DNA of 64,000 bases, taken from contig OZ076409.1 of the NCBI GenBank assembly GCA_964187785.1, positions 75,270,001 to 75,334,000 on the forward strand, read 5' to 3'. Under the pieces are notes generated by a model that ran no database searches, was not told the DNA's origin, and saw nothing but the letters and a program-made list of their open reading frames with translations. The stretch comes from Amphiscolops sp. MND2022 (taxonomy: Eukaryota). Positions 8,900 through 23,800 of this stretch are shown one piece after another; positions within the stretch are counted from its first letter, which is position 1, and every line of letters begins with the position of its first letter. Both the position numbers and the translations under genes were made by a program.

Positions 8900-11800
8900 G
8901 TGGCCGGAAATTTTTTTTTCAGCAAAATCTTTGCCATTGGGGGAGGGGCCCCGGATGGCCAGTAGTACGGGATAGCTTCCTACCAAATCCAGGCGGAAAA
9001 AACGTGATTTCGGAAACTAGCCGTCAGAATTTGCTCAAATTTTGCATACGGCTTCCTATGACAATCCTAAGAACTAATCCCTACTGGCATTTTGCCCAAA
9101 AAACGCAAAAAGTTGGTCAAAATCTTAGTTTTTTGGTCAAAAAATGGCGTTTTTTCGAAAAAAATTTTTTTCAGAGACAATTACTCGTAACTGGTTCACC
9201 CAGCGCAAAAACGCCTAGCTGATTTATTGTTGGGCATTTCATGAGAAGTGCGTATACAAATTTTCGTCCAGATCGGAAACAAATTGACTAAGTATTAGCC
9301 GGAATTCGGACGCATTTTTTCGCAAATTTTTGAAAACCTAGTCTATCTCTGCCGTTTTTTGCCCAGATTTTTTTCCAGGTCCTCTCCTAAAGGCCTCCCC
9401 TGGCCGGTTTACTTCCCAGAAAAACCATTTGGCCCTAAATACGGAGTTTCAGCGTTCTAGCATTCCCGGGCGAAAAGATGTGGGACTTAGAAAAAATTCA
9501 AAATTTTTCAAAAAATTTTTTTTTCGTTTTCCGGCCCCCCAATGAAGGGGAACGACCCCCCAACGAGGATTTTTGGTGAATTCACGTGGAAAGGCCTTGT
9601 TTTGTGGAGCAAATTGCCGTTTAGAGCGACTTTTTATCTTAACTTGACGTTGACCTCTGTCGTTTTGAATTTGATATTAGTATGTGTTGAGCATGTGAAA
9701 AGTTGATGATTTCAGTTGTTCTCTCGTGTTCAAGCCATTGAGATACAAGCGGTAGTGATCAAAATGTGATTTATCGCAATTTGGTGGTGCTTTTGGTGTA
9801 TTTTGATTCTTTTAAATAAAAAGTTGTTCTTTATATATTTGGTGTATTGATTCAAATGAACAAGAAACAGTTGAGTACATTTCATCTCCCCCCTTGTGGG
9901 GGAGATGAGGATGTACCCGCTAAATGACACGCACAATGGCCCAATTTTATTTTTATGCGACGTTTTCTAGGCTTTTGCGCAAGCCCACTAAAATTTAGAC
10001 TGGTTTCCTTTTCTTTTACTCCAAAATTTTCCGTACTAACCACCTTACGCACCACCAGCTCAACGTAACATCTGTAACGTCAACGCCACACACTCTCACT
10101 AACGCCCACCGTCCGTGGGCATGCCGAGGCATGCCCTTCGACGACGTATGCCAAATAGCGCCACAGGGCGCAAACTTGTCCGCTAGGTGCCGGGATTTCC
10201 ATTCGATAAGGAATTCTGCGCGTGTGGGTAGGGCCCCTGGCGCGCTCCTGTGTTTTCGGTTTTCCTACTCCTAAATAGACCCCCTGAATTCCGGGATCTC
10301 CCAAACTATCCATACGATTTGGCTGAAATTTGGCACACGTACCCCCCTCGGCACGGTGAAGATGATTTCCTACTGACGTTTTTCCCGCTAAACATTTTTT
10401 GTTGACCAAAATAACGGTTTTTGGGGTAAAATTTTGAACTTTTTTTAAATTTCATCTTATATCTCGCCACGGGTACACGCTAGCGCTTCCAAACCTTGCT
10501 GACGAAAGTTTGCAAACTGTCTCAGGAATGCTGTGTGAAATTTTCAGCTCAATCGGACTTAAACTCGAGGAGATATAGCGTTTTCCCGGAGCGGGGGGGT
10601 TTCAATTTTCTAACGGTCCAGCTTATCTTTGCCATTTTTTCGAAAATGCACTCGCCTAAAGGCCTCCCCTGGCCGGTTTTATTCCCAACAAAACCATTTG
10701 GCCCTAAATACGGAGTTTCAGCGTTCCAGCATTCCCGGGCGAAAAGTTGTGGGACTTAGAAAAGTTCAAAAATTTTCAAAAAAAAATTTTTCCGTTATTT
10801 GGGCCCTCAAAGTGGGGGAAAAGACCCCCCAACCAGTAAAGCAAGTGAATGCATGTGGAAAGCCCTTGTTTAGACGAGAAAAATGCCGTCTAGAACGTCT
10901 TTTTATCTTAACTTGACATTGACTTTTGTCGTTTTGAAGGTGACCGTTAGATACGGAAAATTGATGTTTTGAGTATTTATCCCATCTGAAAGCCATTGAG
11001 ATACAACATGTTTTGCTCAAAACGTGTTTCATTGCAGTTTCGCTGTCCATTATCACCCTTTGGTGTCTTTTCACGTAATTTTCGTTTCTATAATAACAAT
11101 TTTTTTGTGTATTTATTCATTTTATTCTCATCAAATAACTTGAAACAGTTGAGTACATTCCATCTCCCTTCCCGGGGGAGATGAGAATGTACTCGCTAAA
11201 GGTCAGGAACTACGGTCTATATCTTCCACAACACAAATGGGATTGCAAATGGTTTCAGTTTGTCGCAGAAAACTTCTTTTTGCCCTCTGTGACTCGACAA
11301 AATGAACGTTTCTTACTTACTTTGAAACTCAGCATACCACAACTCATCTCTAACGTCAGCGCCCCCCTACTTGCATCAACGCCCACCGTCCGTGGGCATG
11401 CCGAGGCATGCCCTTCGACGACGTATACCAAGATATACCTGGAGCGCGGTAGCCGCTAGGTGGCCGGAAATTTTTTTTTTCATCAAAATCTTTGCCATTG
11501 GGGGAGGGGCCCCGGATGGCCAGTAGTACGGGATAGCTTCCTACCAAATCCAGATGGAAAAAACGTGATTTCGGAAACTAGCCGTCAGAATTTGCTCAAA
11601 TTTTGCATACGGCTTCCTATGACAATCCTAAGAACTAATCCCTACTAGCATTTTGCCCAAAAAACGCAAAAAGTTGGTCAAAATCTTAGTTTTTTGGTCG
11701 AAAAATGGCGTTTTTTCGAAAAAATTTTTTTTCAGAGACAATTACTCGTAACTGGTTCACCCAGCGCAAAAACGCCTAGCTGATTTATTGTTGAGGACTT

Positions 11801-14800
11801 CATGAGGAGTGCGTATACAAATTTTCGTCCAAATCGGATAAAAGTTGATTGAGAAATAACTGAAAATTTGAGGCATTTTTTTGGAAATTTTTGAAAACCT
11901 AGTCTATCTCTGCCGTTTTTTGCCCAGATTTTTTTCCAGGTCCTCTCCTAAAGGCCTCCCCTGGCCGGTTTACTTCCCAGAAAAACCATTTGGCCCTAAA
12001 TACGGAGTTTCAGCGTTCTAGCATTCCCGGGCGAAAAGATGTGGGACTTAGAAAAAATTCAAAATTTTTCAAAAATTTTTTTTTCGTTTTCCGGCCCCCC
12101 AATGAAGGGGAACGACCCCCCAACGAGGATTTTTGGTGAATTCACGTGGAAAGGCCTTGTTTTGTGGAGCAAATTGCCGTTTAGAGCGACTTTTTATCTT
12201 AACTTGACGTTGACCTCTGTCGTTTTGAATTTGATATTAGTATGTGTTGAGCATGTGAAAAGTTGATGATTTCAGTTGCTCTCTCGTGTTCAAGCCATTG
12301 AGATACAAGCGGTAGTGATCAAAATGTGATTTATCGCAATTTGGTGGTGCTTTTGGTGTATTTTGATTCTTTTAAATAAAAAGTTGTTCTTTATATATTT
12401 GGTGTATTGATTCAAATGAACAAGAAACAGTTGAGTACATTTCATCTCCCCCCTTGTGGGGGAGATGAGGATGTACCCTCTAAATGACACGCACAATGGC
12501 CCAATTTTATTTTTATGCGACGTTTTCTAGGCTTTTGCGCAAGCCCACTAAAATTTAGACTGGTTTCCTTTTCTTTTACTCCAAAATTTTCCGTACTAAC
12601 CACCTTACCCACCACCAGCTCAACGTAACATCTGTAACGTCAACGCCACACACTCTCACTAACGCCCACCGTCCGTGGGCATGCCGAGGCATGCCCTTCG
12701 ACGACGTATGCCAAATAGCGCCACAGGGCGCCCAATTTTGTCTAGGTGCCGGGATTTCCATTCGATAAGGAATTCTGCGCGTGTGGGTAGGGCCCCTGGC
12801 GCGCTCCTGTGTTTTCGGTTTTCCTACTCCAAATTCACACCCCAGTTATCTCCGATCTCGTAAACTATCCATACGATTTGGCTGAAATTTGGCACACGTA
12901 CCCCCCTCGGCACGGTGAAGATGATTTCCTACTGACGTTTTTCCCGCTAAACATTTTTTGTTGACCAAAATAACGGTTTTTGGGGTAAAATTTTCAACTT
13001 TTTTTAAATTTTATCTTATATCTCGCCACGGGTACACGCTAGCGCTTCCAAACCTTGCTGACGAAAGTTTGCAAACTGTCTCAGGACTGCTGTGTGAAAT
13101 TTTCAGCTCAATCGGACTTAAACTCGAGGAGATATAGCGTTTTTCCGGAGCGGGGGGGTTTCATTTTTCTAACGGTCCAGCTTATCTTTGCCATTTTTTC
13201 GAAAATGCACTCGCCTAAAGGCCTCCCCTGGCCGGTTTTATTCCCAGCAAAACCATTTGGCCCTAAATACGGAGTTTCAGCGTTCCAGCATTCCCGGGCG
13301 AAAAGTTGTGGGACTTAGAAAATTTCAAAAATTTTCAAAAATTTTTTTTCCGTTATTTGGGCCCCCAAAGTGGGGGAAAAGACCCCCCAACCAGTAAAGC
13401 AAGTGAATGCATGTGCAAAGCCCTTGTTTAGAGGAGAAAAATGCCGTTTAGAACGTCTTTTTATCTTGGCTCAACGTTGACTTATGACGTTTTGAAGGTG
13501 ATGTTTGGAGGTGTAAATCACGTGAATAGTAAACGTTATGAGTATTTATCTGATCTGAAAGCCATTGAGATGCAATATGGTTTGCTCAAAACGTAATTCA
13601 TGGCAGTTTGGCAATCAATCAACACCCTTTGTTGTCGTTTGACATACTTTTTTGTTGTTATAATAAAAATTTTGTGTATTTGTTCATTTTTTTCTCATCA
13701 AATAACTTGAAACAGTTGAGTACATTCCATCCCCCCTTCCGGGGGAGATGAGAATGTACTCGCAAAAAGCAGCGAATTACGGCCCTTACCTTCCCGAGCT
13801 ACGCAGTATAAGGATTACATATTGGTTCCGACATTTTCATAGAGTTAAATCTTGGTAATCTGTCTGGATATGCAGAAAAACCAGCACGTGCTTTTTTATA
13901 CCAAGTTGCTTACAACGACAATTATTTTATATCAACGCCCCCATATTTATCAACGCCCCCCGTCAGTGGGCATGCCGAGGCATGCCCTTCGACGACGTAT
14001 ACCAAGATATACATCGAGCGCGTTAGCCTAGGTGCCGGTGTTTTTTTACACAATGGCGGATGTTGCGCGGTTGGGGAGGGTCCCTGACGCGCTCCCGGGA
14101 TTTCGGATTTTTTAACCTTTACGTACCCATCAAAAATTTTGGGATCTCGAAAACTAGCCGTACGATTTGGCTGAAATTTGGCACACGTACCCCCCTCGGC
14201 ACGGTGAAGATGATTCCCTACTGACGTTTTGCTCGCTAAACATTTTTTGTTGACCAAAATAACGGTTTTTGGGGTAAATTTTTCAACTTTTTTTAAATTT
14301 TATCTTATATCTCGCCACGGGTTTACGCTAGCGCTTCCAAACCTTGCTGACGAAACCTTGCAAACTGTCTTAGGAATGCGGTGTGAAATTTTCAGCTCAA
14401 TCGGACTCAAACTCGGGGAGATATAGCGTTTTTCCGGAGCGGGGGGGTTTCATTTTTCTAACGGTCCAGCTTATCTTTGCCATTTTTTCGAAAATGCACT
14501 CGCCTAAAAGCCTCCCCTGGCCGGTTTTATTCCCAGCAAAACCATTTGGCCCTAAATACGGAGTTTCAGCGTTCCAGCATTTCCGGGCGAAAAGTTGTGG
14601 GACTTAGAAAATTTCAAAAATTTTCAAAAAATTTTTTTTCCGTTATTTGGGCCCCCAAAGTGGGGGAAAAGACCCCCCAACCAGTAAAGCAAGTGAATGC
14701 ATGTGCAAAGCCCTTGTTTGGACGAGAAAAATTCTGTTTAGAACGTCTTTTTATCTTGGCTCAACGTTGACTTATGACGTTTTGAAGGTGATGTTTGGAG

Positions 14801-17800
14801 GTGTAAAGCAAGTGAATAGTAAACGTTATGAGTATTTATCTGATCTGAAAGCCATTGAGATGCAATATGGTTTGCTCAAAACGTAATTCATTGCAGTTTG
14901 GCAATCAATCAACACCCTTTGTTGTCGTTTGACATACTTTTTTGTTGTTATAATAAAAAATTTTGTGTATTTATTCATTTTTTTCTCATCAAATAACTTG
15001 GAACAGTTGAGTACATTCCATCCCCCCCTTCCGGGGGAGATGAGAATGTACTCGCAAAAAGCACCGAACTACGGCCCTTACCTTCCCGAGCTACGCAGTA
15101 TAAGGATTACATATTGGTTCCGACGTTTTCATAGAGTTATATCTTGGTAATCTGTCTGGATATGCCGAAAAATCAGCACGTGCCTTTTAATACCAAGTTG
15201 CTCACAACGACAATTATTTTATATCAACGCCCCCATATTTATCAACGCCCCCCGTCCGTGGGCATGCCGAGGCATGCCCTTCGACGACCCGCACCAAAAT
15301 ATGCGTTAGCGCGGTAGCTGCTAGGTGGCCGGAAATTTTTTTTTCATCAAAATCTTTGCCATTGGGGGAGGGGCCCCGGATGGCCAGTAGTACGGGATAG
15401 CTTCCTACCAAATCCAGATGGAAAAAACGTGATTTTGGAAACTAGCCGTCAGAATTTGCTCAAATTTTGCATACGGCTTCCTATAACAATCCTAAGAACT
15501 AATCCCTACTGGCATTTTGCCCAAAAAACGCAAAAAGTTGGTCATAATCTTAGTTTTTTGGTCAAAAAATGGCGTTTTTTCGAAAAATTTTTTTTTCAGA
15601 GACAATTACTCGTAACTGGTTCACCCAGCGCAAAAACGCCTAGCTGATTTATTGTTGGGCACTTCATGAGGAGTGCGTATACAAATTTTCGTCCAGATCG
15701 GAAAAAAAATGACTAAGTATTAGCCGGAATTCGGACGCATTTTTTCGCAAATTTTTGAAAACCTAGTCTATCTCTGCCGTTTTTTGCCCAGATTTTTTTC
15801 TAGACCCTCTCCTAAAGGCCTCCCCTGGCCGGATTACCTCTCAGCAAAACCATTTGGCCCTAAATACGAAGTTTCAGCGTTCTAGCATTCTCGGGCGAAA
15901 AGTTGTGGGACTTAGAAAAATTTTTTTGAAAACGCAAAATGTGTAAAGTCAACTTCAGGCCTCCCAAAGTCAAGGAACTTCCACACAACTAGTATTGCAA
16001 GTGAATGCATGTGGAAAGTACTCGGATAGACGAGAAAAATGAGCTATTATAAATCTCTGTAGCTTAACCTGACGTTGACTTATGACAATTTTAGTGTGAG
16101 CTTGCTATGTGAGAAAAAAATTCAAAATTGGAAATCGAAGCTAAGTCTCATCCAAAACTCATCGGAACACGTTCAATCCATCCCAGAGCGGTTTAATTCC
16201 AGCTATATAATGCAGCAACACTATTCAAGACCATTTGATCCACTTACATTAGTTTTGACACCGTATTATTCATCCGAGAGCACAAAACAGTTGAGTACAT
16301 TCCATCTCCCTTTCGGGGGAGATGAGAATGTACTCGCTAAAGTCCAGGTACTACAGCCCATATTTGCTTTTATGCGACGCTCTTATGCTAGTGCGCATAC
16401 TTTTTAATCGTTTAACTGAATTTTCTTCTGTCTGCACTTTGACTTTGACTTGACATATAGTGAACGTTTTGTCTTACAACTTACAAATGAGTAACGTCAA
16501 CGCCCCATCCTTGCATCAACGCCCACCGTCCGTGGGCATGCCGAGGCATGCCCTTCGACGACGTATGCCAAGATATATCCCAAGCGCGGTAGCAGCTAGG
16601 TGCCGGGATTTCTATTCGATAAAGTATGTGGCGCGTGTGGGTAGGGTCCCTGGCGCGCTCTTGGGTATGGTGTTCACCAGCTAGGAAATAGGGGTCGATT
16701 TTTCGGGATCTCCTAAACTAGCCACACGATTTGGCTGAAATTTGGCACACGTACTCCCCTCGGCACGGTGAAGATGATTTCCTACTGACGTTTTTCCCGC
16801 AAAATTTTTTTTGTTGTCCAAAATAACGGTTTTTGGGGTGAAATTTTGATTTTTTTTTAAATTTTATCTTATATCTCGCCACCGGTTTACGCTAGCGCTT
16901 CAAAACCCTGCTAAAGAAAGCTTGCAAACTGTCTCAGGAATGCTGTGTGAAAATTTCAGCTCAATCGGACTTAAACTCAGGGAGATATAGCGTTTTTCCG
17001 GAGCGGGGGGGTTTCATTTTTCTAACGGTCCAGCTTATCTTAGCCATTTTTTCGAAAATGTACTCGCCTAAAGACCTCCCCTGGCCGGTTTTATTCCCAG
17101 CAAAACCATTTGGCCCTAAATACGGAGTTTCAGCGTTCCAGCATTCCCGGGCGAAAAGTTGTGGGACTTAGAAAAGTTCAAAAATTTTCAAAAAATTTTT
17201 TTTCCGTTTTCCGCCCTCCCCCCCGAGGGGAAAAGACCCCCAACCAGTAATTTGAGTGAATTCATGTGGAAAGGCCATGTTTAGAGGAGAAAAATCTCGT
17301 TTAAATCGTCTTTTTATCTTTATTCAACGTTGACTTATGACGTTTTAAAGGTGATGTTTGGAGGTGTGAAGCACGTGAAAAGTAAACGTTATGAGTATTT
17401 ATCTGATCTGAAAGCCATTGAGATGCAACCTGTATTGCTCAAAACGTAATTCATATCAGTTTGGTAGTCAATCAACACCCTTTGTTGTCATTTGACATCT
17501 TTTTTTGTTGATATAAGAAAAAATTTCGTGTATTTATTCATTTTTTTCTCATCAAATAACTTGAAACAGTTGAGTACATTCCATCCCCCCTTCACGGGGG
17601 AGATGAGAATGTACTCGCAAAAAGCCCCGAACTACGGCCCTTACCTTCCTGAGCTACGCAGTATAAAGATTGCATATTGGTTCCGACATTTTCATAGAGT
17701 TATATCTTGGTAATCTGTCTGGGTATGCAGAAAAACCAGCACGTGCTTTTTTATACCAAGTTGCTCACAACGACATTTATTTTATATCAACGCCCCCATA

Positions 17801-20800
17801 TTTATCAACGCCCCCCGTCCGTGGGCATGCCGAGGCATGCCCTTCGACGACGTATACCAAGATATGTTCAAGCGCGTTAGCCTAGGTGCCGGGATTTCCA
17901 TTCGATAAGGAATTCTGCGCGTGTGGGTAGGGCCCCTGGCGCGCTCCTGTGTTTTGGGTTTTCCTACTCTAAATTCACACATCAGTTATCTCGGATCTCG
18001 AAAACTAGCCACACGATTTGGCTAAAATTTGGCACACAGCTCCGTTGGAACATTGTAAGAACAAATCCCTACTGACGTTTTGCCCGCTAAACATTTTTTG
18101 TTGGTCAAAAATGCGATTTTCCGACAAAATTTTTGACTTTTTTTTCTTTTTCAACTCATATCTCGCCACAGGGCTACGCTAGCGCTTTGCAACCTATGAT
18201 CCTTTTTTGTAGGGCATTGCATGTAGAACACGTATGCCAAATTTGGTGGCGATCGGACTTGAACTCAGGGAGATATAACGATTTTTTAGGTGCATTTTTT
18301 GACATTTTTTGCAATTGCTGATTTATCTTTGCCGTTTTTTGCCCAGATTTTTTTTGAGACACTCTCCTAAAGACCTCCCCTGGCCGGTTTACCTCCCAGC
18401 AAAACCATTTGGCCCTAAATACGAAGTTTCAGCGTTCTAGCATTCCCGGGCGAAAAGTTGTGGGCTTAGAATAATTTTTTGGAAACGCAAAATGTGTAAA
18501 GTCAACTTCAGGCCTCCCAAAGTCAAGGAACTTCCACACAACTAGTATTGCAAGTGGATGCATGTGGAAAGTACTGGGATAGACGAGAAAAATGAGCTAT
18601 AGAACGACTCTGTAGCTTAACTTGACGTTGACTTATGATGTTTTGAGTGTGTGCTTACTAAGGGGTCCGAAATTGAAAATTTTTAAAGAAAATTAATATC
18701 GTTAAAAATTCATCGGAATGCCTGCAATATACAGTAGAGCGTGTTCAATTGTAGCTGACTAATGCATCAACGCTGTTCAAGGTCTTTCAACTCAGTTTCA
18801 AATTTTTTTACACTGTATTATCCATCCGAGAGTTCGAAACAGTTGAGTACATTCCATCTCCCTCCCGAGGGAGATGAGAATGTACTCGCTAAAGTACAGA
18901 TACCACGACCCATATTTGTTTCTCTGCGACGCAAACATTTGCTAGTGCACATAAATAGTGATCTTTTGACTGAATTCTGTATTTACATTGACGTGACATA
19001 TGCTGAACGTTCGGTTCTTACAACATACACATGACAAACGTCAACGCCACATACTGTTACCAACGCCCACCGTCCGTGGGCATGCCGAGGCATGCCCTTC
19101 GACGACGTATGCCAAATACCTTTGACCGACGCGCACTCTCCCGCTAGGTGCCGGGATTTCTATTCGATAAAGTATGTGGCGCGTGTGGGTAGGGTCCCTG
19201 GCGCGCTCTTGGGTATGGTGTTCACCAGCTAGGAAATAGGGGTCGATTTTTCGGGATCTCGTAAACTAGCCACACGATTTGGCTGAAATTTGGCACACGT
19301 ACTCCCCTCGGCACGGTGAAGATGATTTCCTACTGACGTTTTTCCCGCAAAATTTTTTTTGTTGTCCAAAATAACGGTTTTTGGGGTAAAATTTTGAATT
19401 TTTTTTAAATTTTATCTTATATCTCGCCACCGGTTTAGGCTAGCGCTTCAAAACCCTGCTAAAGAAAGCTTGCAAACTGTCTCAGGAATGCGGTGTGAAA
19501 TTTTCAGCTCAATCGGACTTAAACTCGGGGAGATATAGCGTTTTTCCGGAGCGGGGGGGTTTCATTTTTCTAACGGTCCAGCTTATCTTAGCCATTTTTT
19601 CGAAAATGTACTCGCCTAAAGACCTCCCCTGGCCGGTTTTATTCCCAGCAAAACCATTTGGCCCTAAATACGGAGTTTCAGCGTTCCAGCATTCCCGGGC
19701 GAAAAGTTGTGGGACTTAGAAAAATTCAAAAATTTTCAAAAAAAAATTTTTCCGTTTTCCGCCCTCCCCCCCTAGGGGAAAAGACCCCCCAACCAGTAAT
19801 TTGAGTGAATTCATGTGGAAAGGCCATGTTTAGACGAAAAAATTGCCGTTTAGAACGTCTTTATATCTCAACCTGACATTGACTTATGAAGCTTTAAAGG
19901 TGATGTTTGGACGTGTGAAGCATGTAAAAAAGGAATTTTTTGATTTTATTTCATCAGAAAGTCATTGAATTACACGCTGTGAAGCCCAGAGCGTGGTTTC
20001 TAATAGTTTGGTATCGTTTAAACGCATTTTGGTGTCTTTTTACTCTGTTTAAAAAACTTTTCTCCTGAAAATTAATAAATTTTGATTACTTTTCTTACTT
20101 TCCATTAATTTTTTTTTCTTATATTTTTACTTGAAACAGTTGAGTACATTCCATCTCCCTTCCCGGGGGAGATGAGAATGTACTCGCAAAAAGCCGCGAA
20201 CTACGGCCCATACCTTCCCGAGATACGCAGTATAAAGATAACATAATGGTCCAGACATTTTAATGGAGTTGTATCTTGGTAATATGTCTGGATTTGCAGA
20301 AAAATCAGCACGTGCCATTTTATACCAAGTTGCTCGCAACGACAATTAATTTAAATCAACGCCCCCCACAAAAATCAACGCCCCCCGTCCGTGGGCATGC
20401 CGAGGCATGCCCTTCGACGACGTGCACCAAAATATGCCCCGAGCGCGTTAGCAGCTAGGTGCCGGGATTTCTATTCGTTCGAGTATGTGGCGCGTGTGGG
20501 TAGGGCCCCTGGCGCGCTCTTTTATTTCGGGTACACCTACTCCAAATTCACGATGTGATTTCGACGATCTCGTAAACTAGCCATACGATTTGGCTGAAAT
20601 TTGGCACACGTACCCCCCTCGGCACGGTGAAGATGATTCCCTACTGACGTTTTGCCCGCTAAACATTTTTTGTTGACCAAAATAACGGTTTTTGGTGGAA
20701 AATTTTTGATTTTTTTTAAAATTCATCTTATATCTCGCCACGGGTTTACGCTAGCGCTTCAAAACCTTGCTGACGAAAGTTTGCAAACTGTCTCAGGAAT

Positions 20801-23800
20801 GCGGTGTGAAATTTTCAGCTCAATCGGACTTAAACTCGAGGAGATATAGCGTTTTTCCGGAGCGGGGGGGTTTCATTTTTCTAACGGTCCAGCTTATCTT
20901 TGCCATTTTTTCGAAAATGCACTCGCCTAAAGGCCTCCCCTGGCCGGTTTTATTCCCAGCAAAACCATTTGGCCCTAAATACGGAGTTTCAGCGTTCTAG
21001 CATTCTCGGGCGAAAAGTTGTGGGACTTAGAAAATTCAAAAATTTTCAAAAAAATTTTTTTTTGTTATTTGGGCCCCCAAAGTGGGGGAAAGGACCCCCC
21101 AACCATTAATTTGAGTGAATGCATGTGCAAAGCCCTTGTATAGAGGAGAAAAATGCCGTTTAGAACGTCTTTTTATCTTTACTCAACATTGACTTATGAC
21201 GTTTTGAAGGTGACCGTTAGAAATGGAAAATTGATGTTTTGAGTATTTATCTCATCTGAAAGCCATTGAGATACAACATGTTTTGCTCAAAACGGGTTTC
21301 ATTGCAGTTTCGCTGTCTATTAACACCCTTTGGTGACTTTTGACATATTTTTGCTTTTATATAAAACCAATTTTTTGTGCATTTTTTCTTTTTTTTTCAT
21401 CTAATATCTTGAAACAGTTGAGTACATTCCATCTCCCTTCCCGGGGGAGATGAGAATGTACTCGCTAAAAGCCAAGAACTACGGCCAAAACCTTCCCGAG
21501 CTACGCACTACAAATATTGCATATGCATGCAGACCTTTTGATACATTTTTATCTTTGTAGATTGACTGGAAAAACCGAAAACTATGTCCTGATTATACAA
21601 AGTTTCCTCACAACGACACATGTTTACGTCAACGCCCCATAGTTCTTATCAACGCCCCCCGTCCGTGGGCATGCCGTGGCATGCCCTTCGACGACGTGCA
21701 CCAAAATATATTCGAGCGCGGTAGCCGCTAGGTGCCGGTGTTTTTTTACACAATGGGGGAAGTTGCGCGTGTGGGGAGGGTCCCTGACGCGCTCCCGGGA
21801 TTTCGGATTTTTTAACCTTTACGTACCCATCAAAAATTTTGGGATCTCGAAAACTAGCCGTACGATTTGGCTGAAATTTGGCACACGTACCCCCCTCGGC
21901 ACGGTGAAGATGATTCCCTACTGACGTTTTGCTCGCTAAACATTTTTTGTTGACCAAAATAACGGTTTTTGGGGTAAAATTTTCAACTTTTTTTAAATTT
22001 CATCTTATATCTCGCCACAGGTGCACGCTAGCGCTTCCAAACCTTGCTGACGAAAGGTCGCAAACTGTCTCAGGAATGCTGTGTGAAATTTTCAGCTCAA
22101 TCGGACTTAAACTCGAGGAGATATAGCGTTTTTCCGCAGCGGGGGGGTTTCATTTTTCTAACGGTCCAGCTTATCTTTGCCATTTTTTCAAAAATGCACT
22201 CGCCTAAAGGCCTCCCCTGGCCGGTTTTATTCCCAGCAAAACCATTTGGCCCTAAATACGGAGTTTCAGCGTTCCAGCATTCCCGGGCGAAAAGTTGTGG
22301 GACTTAGAATTTTTCAAAAATTTTCAAAAATTTTTTTTTCCGTTATTTGGGCCCCCAAAGTGGGGGAAAAGACCCCCCAACCAGTAAAGCAAGTGAATGC
22401 ATGTGGAAAGCCCTTGTTTAGACGAGAAAAATGGCGTTTAGAACGTTTTTTTATCGTAACTTGACATTGACTTTTGTCGTTTTGAAGGTGACCGTTAGAT
22501 ACGGAAAATTGATGTTTTGAGTGTTTATCCCATCTGAAAGCCATTGAGATACAACATGTTTTGCTCAAAACGTGTTTCATTGCAGTTTCGCTGTCCATTA
22601 ACACCCTTTGGTGTCTTTTGACGTAATTTTCTTTTCTATAACAACAATTTCTTTGTGTATTTATTCATTTTTTTCTCATCAAATAACTTGAAACAGTTGA
22701 GTACATTCCATCTCCCTTCCCGGGGGAGATGAGAATGTACTCGCTAAAGGTCAGGAACTACGGTCTATATCTTCCACAACACAAAAGAGATTGCAAATTG
22801 TTTCAGTTTGTCGCAGAAAACTTCTTTTTGCACTCTGTGACTCGACAAAGTGAACGTTTCTTACTTACTTTGAATCTCACCATACCACAACTCATCTCTA
22901 ACGTCAACGCCCCCCACACACATCAACGCCCCCCGTCCGTGGGCATGCCGAGGCATGCCCTTCGACGACGTATAGCAAAATATATTCGAACGCGGTAGCG
23001 GCTAGGTGCCGGGATTTCTATTCGTTCGAGTATGTGGCGCGTGTGGGTAGGGCCCCTGGCGCGCTCTTGTGTTTGGGGGTTTCCTACTTCTAAATCACGT
23101 TCAGATTTCCGGGATCTCGTAAACTATCCATACGATTTGGCTGAAATTTGGCACACGTACCCCCCTCGGCACGGTGAAGATGATTTCCTACTGACGTTTT
23201 TCCCGCTAAACATTTTTTGTTGACCAAAATAACGGTTTTTGGTGGAAAATTTTTGATTTTTTTTAAATTTTATCTTATATCTCGCCACGGGTCCACGCTA
23301 GCGCTTCCAAACCTTGCTGACGAAACCTAGCGAACTGTCTCAGGAATGCTGTGTGAAATTTTCAGCTCAATCGGACTTAAACTCGGGGAGATATAGCGTT
23401 TTTCCGGAGCGGGGGGGTTTCATTTTTCTAACGGTCCAGCTTATCTTTGCCATTTTTTCGAAAATGCACTCGCCTAAAGGCCTCCCCTGGCCGGTTTTAC
23501 TCCCAAAAAAACCATTTGGCCCTAAATACGGAGTTTCAGCGTTCTAGCATTCCGGGGCGAAAAGTTGTGGTACTTAGTAAATTTCAAAAATTTTCAAATT
23601 TTTTTTTTCGTTATTTGGGCCCCCAAAGTGGGGGAAAAGACCCCCCAACCAGTAATTTGAGTGAATTCATGTGGAAAGGCCATGTTTAGCGGCGAAAAAT
23701 GCTTTTTAGATCGTCTTTTTATTTTAACCTGTTGTTGACTTATGTTGTTTTGAAGGTGATGTTTGGATGTGTGAAGCATGTGAAAAGGTAATTTTTTGTG

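Larger units (their letters stand above)
1..17352 (+). repeat. Higher-order/segmental duplication, copy 1 (left edge lies outside the window)
   Basis: Matches 46873-64000. ORF-track offsets step 46872 -> 45598 -> 46886 -> 47934 -> 46648. These steps are explained by whole-unit indels of -1274, +1288, +1047 (plus 1 G in a poly-G run) and -1286. Confidence 0.95.
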
